A DNA stretch of 42,874 bases from Octopus bimaculoides (GCF_001194135.2 NC_068994.1:18459942-18502815), one strand, 5' to 3'; numbered from the stretch's first letter, positions 23,838 to 34,691 are shown. Notes: generated from the sequence alone by a model not told the origin. Made by a program: numbers and translations.

Positions 23838-24247
23838 ATTCTTTTACAAGTTTCAGTCATTTGACTGTGGCCATGCTGGAACACCGCTTTAAAGGGTTTT
23901 AGTTGAAGAAATCGACCCCAGGATTCATTCTTTGTAAGTGTAGTACTTATTCTAGCGATCCCTTTTGCTAAGTTACAGAGATTTAAATACATCAACATCG
24001 GTTGTCAGGTGATGGGGGGGGGGCAATCACAGACACAAAGACACACACACATGACTACATACACATACTTATATATGTATATACACACAACTGGCTGTTT
24101 TCAGTTTTTGTCTACCAAATCAACTCACAAGGCTTTGGTTGAAGACACTTGCTGAAGCTATAATAGAAGACACTTGCCCAAGGTGCCAAGCAGTGAGACT
24201 GAACCCGGAACTATGTGGTTAGGAAGGAAACTTCTTACCACACACCT
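23838..24247 (-). mobile_element. SINE family A
   Basis: Reverse complement of family A, full length. Confidence 0.88.
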
Positions 24248-24663
24248 ATCTAAAATATGAGATAAACTATGAAAAGTAAAGAACTTCATTGTATTTAACA
24301 GATTCAAATTAATACACCTCCACTTAAAAATTCCTAAAATATATCATACTGTACCATGTATTCAGTATAATGTTCATAAGATAAAAAGTAAATGAAGGAA
24401 AATTTAACAAATACAAGTATAAATTAACACACTTCGAAATAAGAGCATGTTTAACCTTTATCCATTAATCCATTAAAAAAAAGTAAAACACAAAACTACT
24501 TTTAATACACCATATGTAAATTAACCAACAAAGTGGCTGCAGAATGAACAGGTGGTACGTCTAATTCAAAACTAGCCAATTTCAAAAGTACCCAGTCTTT
24601 TGTGGGTAATACTGGATAAGAGGTCTGATACTGTTTTTTAATTGGCTCAGTAAGACTTTCTTT

Positions 24664-25383
24664 GCATGACGCATGCGTACGAACAGCCATGCTACATGGC
24701 AGTGAAACATGGGCTGTAACTGCTGAGGACATACGTAAGCTTGCAAGGAATGAAGCCAGTATGCTCCGTTGGATGTGTAATGTCAATGTGAATACCCGTC
24801 AGAGTGTAAGTATCTTGAGAGAAAAGCTGAACATTAGAAGCATCAGTTGTGGTGTGCAAGAGAGACGATTGCGCTGGAATGGACATGTGGTGAGAATGGA
24901 TGAGGATAGCTGCGTGAAAAAGTGCCACACCCTAACAGTTGAGGGAACCCGTGGAAGAGGTAGGCCCAGGAAGACCTGGGCTGAGGTGGTGAGGCAAGAC
25001 CTTCGTACATTGGGCCTCACCGAGGCGATGNNNNNNNNNNNNNNNNNNNNNNNNNNNNNNNNNNNNNNNNNNNNNNNNNNNNNNNNNNNNNNNNNNNNNN
25101 NNNNNNNNNNNNNNNNNNNNNNNNNNNNNNNNNNNNNNNNNNNNNNNNNNNNNNNNNNNNNGACACCATTTCGAGCGTGGCCGTTTTCGTGCGGGTGACA
25201 CGTAAAAGCACCCACTACACTGTCTGAGTGGTTGGCGTTAGGAAGGGCAGCCAGCTGTAGAAACTCTGCCAAATTAGACTGGAGCCTGGTGTTGCCATCC
25301 GGTTTCACCAGTCCTCAGTCAAACCGTCCAACCCATGCTAGCATGGAAAGCGGACGTTAAACGATGATGATGATGATGATGAC
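24664..25383 (+). mobile_element. young 5'-truncated RTE LINE 3' fragment with (GAT)n tail, N gap inside
   Basis: DACVRTAMLHGSETWAVT..QERRLRWNGHVVRMDEDSCVKKC..GRGRPRKTWAEVVRQDLRTLGLTEAM. Near-identical to the reverse copy at 6061-6978. Confidence 0.95.
25031..25161. other. assembly gap (N run)
   Basis: 131 N inside the RTE copy. Confidence 0.99.
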
Positions 25384-26467
25384 AAAAAAAAAAAGAAAAA
25401 AAAGAGAAGCCATAAATCTCACTAATTGGTTTTCAGAAAATAAATTACTTTTGTCATTTTCCTTTTTGATTATAGGATAATTTATATTTCTTACACACAT
25501 TTGTACATATTATACATTTTATATGTAATGTAAACCAATACGTTTCTGTCAACCTTCTTCAGGAAATAATTTTCAATGGCAACTCTCATCAAGAAGAATT
25601 AAACATACAATCGAGAAACAACGTTATCTCTTAGTGATATCTTAAAATAACAATCTGTATGATAAATGCTCTAGAGTTTAAATGATTTCATTAAAGTTTA
25701 TATATCCACTGGGTATTTACAAGAATCTTTCCTTTTGAAAGGTCATTCACCCAAAGCAAAATGTAATTTTAATATATAAATAAATTATGAGTGTTGGCAT
25801 GCAAACATATGCAAATGTCCCTCTCACTATCTCAGTATACACACACACAAACGTATGTGCACGCGTACACACACACAAACACACACACACACACACACAC
25901 ACAGAGCCTCCATGAGATGCTTGTGGTTAAGTTGTTGATGTTTTTCAAGTGGTCTGAATGATTGTGAAAGTGACATTGTTTCATTTAGTTTACAAAATGG
26001 TAGTGTAGTGAATTATTAAGTTTAAGTGCAGCATCTGAAAAAATAGAGAGGTTTGCTTCAATGGTTGTAGAAAGTCTGTAGGTTTTAAAGAAGGTGGGTA
26101 AGATTTTCCTTAGTCTATCTCTGTTGGCTGAAGGTTGAAATTCCTAAGTTATAGAAGACCAATGTCACAGTACAAGCTGATCAAGTCAGTTATCTCTGCT
26201 GAATCAGCTGATCCCATACTCACACCAAAATGGGATAGATAAGTAATAAGTAATAGTTTTCAAAGAACTAAAACAGAAAAATAGATGATATAAAAAATTC
26301 CAAATAGATATACAACCAAAAGAAGAAAATCAAAGACATTTATCAAATAGCCCATATTAACTACTACAAATTTCTTTCTTTGGTAATTACAAAAAAAACA
26401 AAAAAAATCCAAGAAAACAAACTGGGAGACATTAAATAACAACAAAGAGTAGAAAATAACATTGCAT

Positions 26468-26685
26468 CTTAAAATTTTGGCACAAATACAGCAATGTTGG
26501 GGAGGGAGTCAGTCAATTAAATTGGCCCCAGTGCTCAACTGGTACTTATTTTATCGGCCTTGAAAGGATGAAGGGCAAAGTGTGTGTGAATCCTGGCAGT
26601 TTTTCAACTTTAAATGCTAAGTTGGAAGAAGTATTGCCAAGCATTTTGCCCAGTGCAGTAACAATTCTGCCAGCTTGCTGCCTTA
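26468..26685 (-). mobile_element. SINE family C
   Basis: AAATTTTGGCACAA..GAAAGGATGAAGGGCAAAG..GCATTTTGCCCAG..CTGCCAGCTTGCTGCCTT. Confidence 0.82.
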
Positions 26686-26769
26686 TTGCACCTTTAAAAA
26701 TAGACAAGAGAATGGAATGACCACTTACATCCAAACAACCATATTTCATATTCAAGGATTATAGCCTCA

Positions 26770-27420
26770 CTTTAACAATAAATCTGTCATCTGACTTGGA
26801 AAACTAGTGAAGAACAATATAGGAAGTATTAGTAAACACATATTAGACAAAATTATTCCTGAAACACAAGGTGTCACACTTCTGTGGATTAACACATTGA
26901 ATGTCACTAAGTGGTAAAACCTATCCCCAGACAAAAATTGTAAATTTTTACATGAAAGACTACTACTACTACTATACAACAACCTCCAAGGTCATTGTTG
27001 TTGCAACCCTCAATTATTCCAGCTTGCTCACTAATGTAGAAATTAGGATAGTTCTATATGCCCAGAAAACTCTAGTAATTTTGCAATAATACAATCTTAG
27101 TTAAAAATATCTATTTTAACGTATGGGCACAAAACAGACATATTGGAGATAGTGATTTGACCAGCTTTTATACTTACTATCAATCTTATAGTCTAACTTT
27201 CGTACAATCAAAAAAGGAGGGCTGTACCATGATGATGGTCTCCTAACAAATACCATTGAAACAAACAAATGAAGATATATTCCTCAAAATGAAAATGTAT
27301 TCAATAGTATTGCCTGTAGGTCAGTCTGAATTTACTTGGTAGATAATTTAAAGTGATATTCAATAAAATTCTTACTTATAAGAATTTTAAAGCAAGAAGT
27401 AGCTCAATTAAAAAGAATAT
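26770..27420 (+). mobile_element. degraded Penelope-like element (PLE) reverse transcriptase fossil
   Basis: NNKSVI*L..IGSISKHILDKI..LWINTLNVTKW*..PDKNCKFL, then DLTSFLYLLSIL*..GGLYHDDGLL. This matches the PLE RT pattern (IG.ISK.ILD.I, W.NT..V..WF, ELVGLY.L, GLYRDDGL). Confidence 0.7.
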
Positions 27421-27814
27421 AGTTGCATACCACCCTAACAAGGAGCAGATTCCACTACTTGTAGCTCAGGCTGGTTACTCTGCCTCTTTGGTGTCAGAAC
27501 TGAGACTTTGTAGGGGTTGAATATCTGTATTTAAGACATATCACAACATTGCATACAGGGACCAGTGATTGCACATGAAGAGAGTATTCTTTAATCCACT
27601 TGGTTGATCTCAAATTATGCAGAATTTTTTGACTCAATTCATGTTCTGTAAAAATTGCTCAATGCTAAGCTTTGGGAGAGGTTTTCTCTGCTGAATATTG
27701 TAAGCTTAATTTTAAAAATATGAGGGAAAAAATTCACATTTTTAGTCCAAACCCATTCCATTTATTATGGTATACCAGAGACATTTGGAGCATCTACTTT
27801 TTTTCTTAGTTGTT

Positions 27815-28015
27815 ATCATCATCCTTTAAAGTCTCTTTTCTATGCTGGCAAGGATTGGATGGTTTGACCAGAACTAACAAGCCGGAACTACACCAAGTTC
27901 CAGTCTGATTTGGCTTAATTTCTACAGCTGGTTGTCCTTCCTAACACCAACCACTTTAGAGTGTGTGCTGGGTGCTTTTAACATGGCACCAGCACAGGAC
28001 TTTTGCAGGCCAGTC
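27815..28015 (-). mobile_element. RTE 3'UTR/tail fragment
   Basis: (CAT)n then TTTAAAGTCTCTTTTCTATGCTGGC..TTTCTACAGCTGGTTGTCCTTCCTAACACCAACC, homologous to 6061-6230. Confidence 0.8.
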
Positions 28016-28366
28016 TTCTTCACCATTCCTTTCTATGATAACATGGATGAAACTGGTTAAGTTTCAATTAATTTAATACATTTAAAAAAAACTTTAATAC
28101 ATTTAAATGAAATATTACACTTGATTTTGTTTCAAAAGATTACCAACAATTCTCTGAATGCTATTGTGCATTTTCACACCTTTCTTTTGTTTATGTAACA
28201 CAACCTGTAAAGAAACCTTCAACCACTTGTGAGTGACTGAGAGTGAGTGTGAGTGAGTGAATGAATGAGTGAGAGTGTGTGAAAGTGAGTGTCTGTGTGT
28301 GTGCATGCACATCATAGCAGGTTAGATAAAATACTCACTGAACACTTATAAATGACTTTTCTAAGT

Positions 28367-28658
28367 CAGGGGTTTTCAAACTTTTTGACTTGCGGACCCC
28401 TTTATATTTCAGGCTTTACCTTAGCCCTTATAAACGCTTATGAAATTTATACATAAATATTTGCTTAAAATAACATATATTTTTACATTTATTTATTTAA
28501 CAATATTTAATAAATAGGTTTATTGTCAATTAAAAGATTTCGATTAAAAAACATGTATAAAATCAAATCGCCCATAAAAAGTATTTGCTGTCCACGGACC
28601 CCCTGTCTTGTCCTTGCGGAGCCCCTGTGGTCCGTGGACCACAGTTTGAAAACCCCTA
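28367..28658. mobile_element. hAT (Charlie-like) MITE
   Basis: TIRs CAGGGGTTTTCAAACT / AGTTTGAAAACCCCTA; perfect 8-bp TSD TTCTAAGT at 28359-28366 and 28659-28666. Confidence 0.92.
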
Positions 28659-28785
28659 TTCTAAGTCATATTATTGCAAACACATTTATATTTAATATTA
28701 CCAGCTGATACAAACTAAATTTTACTCATTGTTGTTTTCCACTATTCTTGGGGTTTTATTTTTATTTTATCTTTTTATCCAACAG

Positions 28786-28833
28786 GTGTTACAGACGAGA
28801 ATTACACAATTACACAGTTACAGTTTGAAACAA
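28786..28833 (+). CDS. candidate 48-nt symmetric micro-exon
   Basis: Acceptor TTTTATTTTATCTTTTTATCCAACAG and donor CAA|GTAATG. Phase 1-1 gives GVTDENYTITQLQFET (FN3 strand-E-like); phase 0-0 gives VLQTRITQLHSYSLKQ. Confidence 0.45.
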
Positions 28834-29411
28834 GTAATGTATTTCAGCCAACTTCACAAAAACTGGTGTTGATTTTATAATAAAAGGTTTATTTTATCCC
28901 CAATCATGAGTTTCTCCTTAGTTTTGTTGGTTCATTAAGTTTCCTCAAAACTCCTTTTAAAACATGCAAAGATATTCCATATATGTTATGTAAAATGATA
29001 TTGAATAACCATTTTATATTGATTCAGTAAGCAGAAAAATATAAATATATCTTTTTCATTTACATTTTGAGTGGAAGTAAAATGTCTCTTTCCCATATTA
29101 CAATCCAAGATTAACCATCCAAAAATTTAATTTCATGAATCAAATAGATATTACAGTAGGAAAATTTTGTCCTTCTCTGGAGATATTTGCCTATTTCCAT
29201 AATTCTGGTGATATAAACAGAACAAGTGTGAAAATATGTGTGCTATGCCTTTGAAGGGTAAGGTTAAGAATGATAAAGAGAATTTGATGAAGAAAACAAA
29301 ACGAGAGGAAAAGGGTGTGTGGAGGAATAAAGAAAAGAGAAAGGAAAGAAAGAGAAACAAAACAAGTTAGGGAGGGAGCATGATGGAGAAAAAGATATGT
29401 AAAGTCTAAGT

Positions 29412-29653
29412 TTACCTTATATACATACAGGCAAACACACACCCAAACATATATATACACACGCACACATATATGTATGTATATATAATCCATGTGTAAA
29501 TATATGCACGCACACAAACACACACACATATACACTGATATGTTTATGTGTGTGTGTGTATATATATATATATACACACACACATACATATATATACATA
29601 CACACACACCTAGCCACACACACTCACATATTCAATATGTACACGCATTTGTG

Positions 29654-29703
<50 letters not shown>

Positions 29704-29763
29704 GATTCATACTCATCTGTATATATATATACACATATATTTATTCACACACACACACACACA
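29412..29763. repeat. compound (AT)/(CA)/(GT)/(AG) microsatellite cluster
   Basis: Direct inspection. Confidence 0.97.
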
Positions 29764-30417
29764 CTTTATTTTTTCTCCCTCAAAACAATTCAATTTTTGA
29801 CTCCATTGTTTGTAAGATGTGTTTTATTTGTATTCAAATTCACAATCATGTCATATGTAAACATAATTTTTGTTCTGATAACATAATAATGTAAGGAATA
29901 ACAAAAAAAAAAAAAAATGAAGAAGATGTTTTCAAAAGAAACATATCACCAGTTGCAGATATGAAATATAATTTTGTTTGAATGCATCATATGCATGCAT
30001 ACATAATGAAAGCTGCAGTAATATACAATTGGTGACCCTGTTAGCATTTTCAATGTTGAATTAACAAATCTGTTGGGTTGATGTGCAGAAGGCAGGGGTT
30101 ACATCAGTTTTCCTATGTTAAGGGAAATGAAGCTAGCTGACTGAGATTTTAGCTATGCCTCTCAGCCAAGCTTCAGGGAAGAAGATCATTGTTTTGTCTA
30201 GAGTGTTCATGTAAACTAAATGAACTTTATATACATAGACTATGAGTAATGCTACAGATTGACTTTGTACATGAAGTTTGTCAGTATGAACCTGGAGCTG
30301 ACCCAATAAATTCCTGTAGAATGTACCCATGTGTGAGGTTGCAATGGAAATATGACTAACTAGTTTTAAAAACAGTTTTCCAGTTAACTTTTTAAGAGCA
30401 TTGATTATCTTTTTTTT

Positions 30418-30635
30418 TTCCTTACTAATATCAGTCTTTAGACTGCAGCCATGCAGGGGCACTGCTTGAAGAATCTTTTGTAGAATGAATTGATTCTAAC
30501 ACCTATTTTTTTTTGGTAAATTCTGGTACTTATTCTAGCAGTCTCTTTTGCTGAACCACCAAGTTATGGGGATGTAAACACATCAACATTGGTTGTTAAG
30601 CAGTGGTAGAAGACAGACACAGAGGCATGAACACA
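30418..30635 (-). mobile_element. SINE family A, 3' half
   Basis: Reverse of the post-microsatellite half of family A. Confidence 0.82.
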
Positions 30636-30854
30636 TACATATTAGGGTTCAGGTAAATCAGGCACTTAAATGGCAGGGCACCGGGTTTTTAAATGTTCCT
30701 AATACTGTGGTTTGAGTACTCACCTGAAGAAAACAGTTTTTATTATATAATGTACCTGTTAACCAATTAAAAAGTTTGTTGGAAACAACTGTAATGAACT
30801 GACACCTATCCATCATTTGTTTTATATGTATGTGTGTATATATACACACATACA

Positions 30855-31258
30855 TATGGAGTGGCTGTGTGGTAAGTAGCTTGCTTACCCACCACATGGT
30901 TCTGGGTTCAGTCCCACTTCGTGACACCTTGGGCAAGTGTCTTCTACTATAGCCTCAGGTCAACCAAAGCCTTGTGAGTGGATTTGGTAGACGGAAACTG
31001 AAAGAAGCCCATCGTATATATGTATATATACATATATATGTGTGTATGTATATGTTTGTGTGTCTGTGTTTGTCCCCCAACATCACTTGACAACCGATGT
31101 TGGTGTGTTTACGTCCCCATAACTTAGCGGTTTGGCAAAAGAGACCAATAGAATAAGTACTAGGCTTACAAAGAATAAGTCTTGGGGTTGATTTCTTTGA
31201 CTAAAAAGGCGGTGCTCCAGCATGGCCACAGTCAAATGACTGAAACAAGTAAAAGAGT
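30855..31258 (+). mobile_element. full-length young SINE family A
   Basis: Highly similar to 7481-7910. Confidence 0.93.
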
Positions 31259-31259
31259 A

Positions 31260-31290
<31 letters not shown>

Positions 31291-31297
31291 GTTGAAC

Positions 31298-31428
31298 TTC
31301 TTTCCACTCACAAGGCTTTGGTCAGCCCAGCATTATAGTAGAAAACACTTGCCCAAGGTGCCATGCAGTGGGACTGAACCTGAAATCATATGATTGCAAA
31401 GTGAGCTTCTTAACTACACTGTCATGCC
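31298..31428 (-). mobile_element. SINE family A, 5' half (head and core)
   Basis: CCACTCACAAGGCTTTGGTCAGC..ACACTTGCCCAAGGTGCCATGCAGTGGGACTGAACC. Confidence 0.88.
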
Positions 31429-31577
31429 AGAACACTCATACTGCAAACTTAGTCATACACGATTTAACACCAAAAAAGTCTCAGACAGTATCAATGGTCA
31501 ATGTACAAGTATTTTTAAACCAGGGAAATGAAGACAAACACACATAAGCTTAAAATTAAGTTACAATAATAAATATA

Positions 31578-31787
31578 GGTTTCAAATTTTGGCACAAGGC
31601 CAGCAAGTTTGGGGGTAAGTCATTTACATTGACCCCAGTACTTGACTGATACTTATTTTGTTGACCCTGAAAGGATGAAAGGCAAAGTTGACCTCAGTGG
31701 AATTTGAACTCAGAATGCAAAGGTGGATGAAATGCAGCTAAGCATTTTGCCCAGTGTGCTAACAACTCCGCTAGCTTGCTGGCTTAT
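31578..31787 (-). mobile_element. full-length SINE family C with a 17-bp TSD
   Basis: Flanked by a perfect GTTACAATAATAAATAT at 31560-31576 and 31788-31804. Confidence 0.92.
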
Positions 31788-31967
31788 GTTACAATAATAA
31801 ATATTGAACATTTGATGTATAGATATTTTAGAAAATCAATGTTCAAAATTGTAGAATACATGGGATACGTAAACTTAGAAGGTCAACAAGAATTTTTTAA
31901 AACAAATTTTTAATCATGTTTGCATATGACATGCTTGAAAGAAGATATATTTCACGAGCACAAATTT

Positions 31968-32336
31968 AAAACAAGAGCACTCAGAGACTGCAAACCTCCG
32001 CCGAGACAACACCAACATCCTCTCAACGATAACCCGGAGATGATTTTTAAAACGAGAATATCTGAAATAAACTCAACTGCTCTCACAAACGAGAATACTA
32101 AAAATGAACCCGACTGCTCTCTCAGATTAAGTAAAAAAACCTGGAAAAATAATCCAGAATCCTTGTCCATAATTGGATCGATCCCAAAATCTAATCAGTT
32201 CGTGCCAGCCACGAGGTCAAACATCCCTGAAAGTTTCATCCGAATCCATCCAGCAGTTCTTGAGATATCTTGTCCACAGACAAACAAACAAATATGACTG
32301 AAAACAATACCCCTGCTTTCGCTAAGGTGGAGGTAA
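31968..32336 (+). mobile_element. non-autonomous Helentron/DINE-1-like (HINE) element
   Basis: Subterminal ACCTCCGCC (31994-32002) inverted to GGTGGAGGT (32326-32334), (CAAA)n near the 3' end, imperfect 3' hairpin, and core AAAATCTAATCAGTTC..AGTTTCATCCGAATCCATCCAGCAGTTCTTGAGATATC. Confidence 0.75.
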
Positions 32337-33338
32337 CAAGAGAAAAAGAAAATGAATAGGCCTTCTCATAGTACTCTTAACTTCATAACTTGTGTAACAT
32401 ACAAAGTTCAACTCCTGTGAGAGGACCTCCTCTTTTTGTTCTTGTCTTAGGTTTGTGTTAGATGTTTTATGTAGTTTACTTTTAAAATTTTAACCTTTCA
32501 TGTTATAAATTGCTTCTTTCTTCCCCACTCTGTGTTTGTATTAATGTTTGTTTATAAATATAATTAAGTGTTAAAACAATCAAGCATTCAGATTGAAGGA
32601 TTGCCCAATATTTTTCAGATTGTGTGAGTGTGTGTGTTTTTTTTGTTTTTTGCAAGGTAATGGTTGATAGTGACAACAAGTTTTGGCTATGGAGCCTTCA
32701 TTGGACAGGCCAAAATTCAGAGCTCCCAAATTATGTATGTGTGTGTTGGTTACATATGAAAGCAAACTAAAATATTGTAAATCAGCTAATGAGTTACCCC
32801 ATTAGAAGTAAATAGATTGGTTAGTGAGAGAGTGGAGAAACCGCAAGTCCATAAGTTAGCATCATTCTGGAGAACTGGCTCACATGTACCATAAAAGAAG
32901 ATGAAATATACAAAAGTAAATAAATACATAGGATTCAATGTCTCTTTTGAATCCTATAAATTTTGAACTTTTAACTGGGGTTAAAAGATACAGATCCTAC
33001 TAAAACTGATTATATCATTGCCTCAAGAGGAACTTTTTATTTCTTTTCATTTAGTTCTTATCTCTCATTCTCTCTCTCTCATACACTACCATCCTCTCAC
33101 CTTTCCTCTTTAACTGGCTCCCCCCACCTTCCTTGCCTTCTTTTTGCTAGACATCTTGTTCTGATACAATATCAATGAAATCAGCTGTTGTTCTCACACC
33201 ATTAGATAAAAATTTTCTCCTTTAATGCTCTACTTATTGCTCTATAACTTTTGGCTTTGAGGGCTCAATACAAAATTTTTGCCAAATCTATCAAATTCCT
33301 TTTGCAGTTCTTTCAGAGATTCCAGTTAGTTAGCTACA

Positions 33339-33566
33339 TTAACTCTTTAGCATACAGATTTCTTTGTCAAATGTATTACTTATACATTTACATTGTTTTC
33401 AGTTAATCACAAATTATCTTGTAGCTTCAAGATTTCAATGGTGTATCTGTATATTTTTAGAATGACATTGTAGGGTAGGTGTGAGAGGTTGGATCTGGTC
33501 AGTTTTAACATACAACAGGTTGAATATGTAGGTTGGATATGACCAAATTCAAGGCTACAGAGTTAA
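33339..33566 (+). mobile_element. piggyBac-like MITE family A
   Basis: TTAACTCTTTAGCAT ... GCTACAGAGTTAA; homologous to 1686. Confidence 0.82.
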
Positions 33567-33666
33567 CTGACTCTTGTGACTCATCTTCTGGGTGTGTCTA
33601 ACCCAACTAACTACTGTTCAACAATTTTATAAGCTTAATAATGCCAACAGTTTTATCTGTTTTCAG

Positions 33667-33705
33667 ATCTGCCTTGTTTTTTGTTCTTTCCACATTATTC
33701 CATTT
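33667..33705 (+). other. weak candidate 39-nt exon
   Basis: TTTTATCTGTTTTCAG acceptor and TTT|GTGAGT donor; all three frames open. Confidence 0.25.
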
Positions 33706-34443
33706 GTGAGTATTTTGAGATGTCCTTACCATGCTTGTTTAATCTATTACTAACCTCCATGTCTCAGCTTCTTAAGAAATTGCTGAGATAAGAGCATCAA
33801 TTGTAAAGTTGTCTTTTAAGACTTAGAAAGTATTTTGCTTTTAAAATAGTAAAAAAAAAAAAAAAATCATTATTGACATGAATTCATGTGTGCGTGTGTG
33901 TTTAGACATACATATAAACAAATTGATAAATTCAACATATCACCAAAAACACTGCTTTTGGCCAGAAGCTTGGAATGGTGATTACAGCATGCTGAATTTC
34001 GAATTTCCTAATTCAAATATATAGACATGTTCTGCCAACCTAGTATTGATTACCATCTTTGTTTCTATAAGCTACATATCTACTACTACTATGAATATGT
34101 GTATGTGTGTCAAAGAAAAAGTGAGAAAGAATGAGATTTAAATAAACAATTTTTTGGTCTGACAAATACTTTTCCTTTCAGTGAGTTATTAAAAACAAAA
34201 AAGTTACATAACCCACCCCCCATCAAATTTTTGTCTGATCCATGATAAGAACATTTTTGTTTATAGTTACTTTTTTTCATTAAAAATTCATTTTAAACAT
34301 ATATGTCAAACATAATGTAAATTTATATTTTACAATCTATTCTTTTATAAAAATTGAAATAAAATACATAATGTGATCATTAGATGAAACATCTAAAAAC
34401 AAATTTCACTGAAATTGCAAGTGTTTAATGTAAATTACTTTAC

Positions 34444-34500
34444 CTGTGCATTTCCAATTTAAATATTATCACTTACCTGAAAAATAAAATAAAAATGTAT
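34444..34500 (-). promoter_or_regulatory. candidate recursive splice site with a 33-nt RS-exon
   Basis: Minus strand CATTTTTATTTTATTTTTCAG|GTAAGT at 34477/34476; second donor CAG|GTAAAG at 34444/34443. Confidence 0.4.
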
Positions 34501-34691
34501 TTAATAAATGTGAAAAAATAGTGATAGAGGGGAATAGTATACATAAGAATTTAGATTACTGGAGAAAAATAAAGATTAACTTTATTTATTTATCTATAAC
34601 ATAGGAATGGTGCTCCATATCTTTATGAGAGAATAATGTGTAATTATTTACAAACTTGACAATAAATATAATGGATCAGAATACTTGCAGC

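Noticed and set aside
24662-25198. 178-aa ORF as a host gene
   Set aside because: It is the RT C-terminus of a truncated RTE LINE.
29191-29894. Several 70-140 aa ORFs
   Set aside because: Compound microsatellite translations.
31920-32297. 125-aa ORF
   Set aside because: Almost entirely within the non-autonomous HINE-like element.
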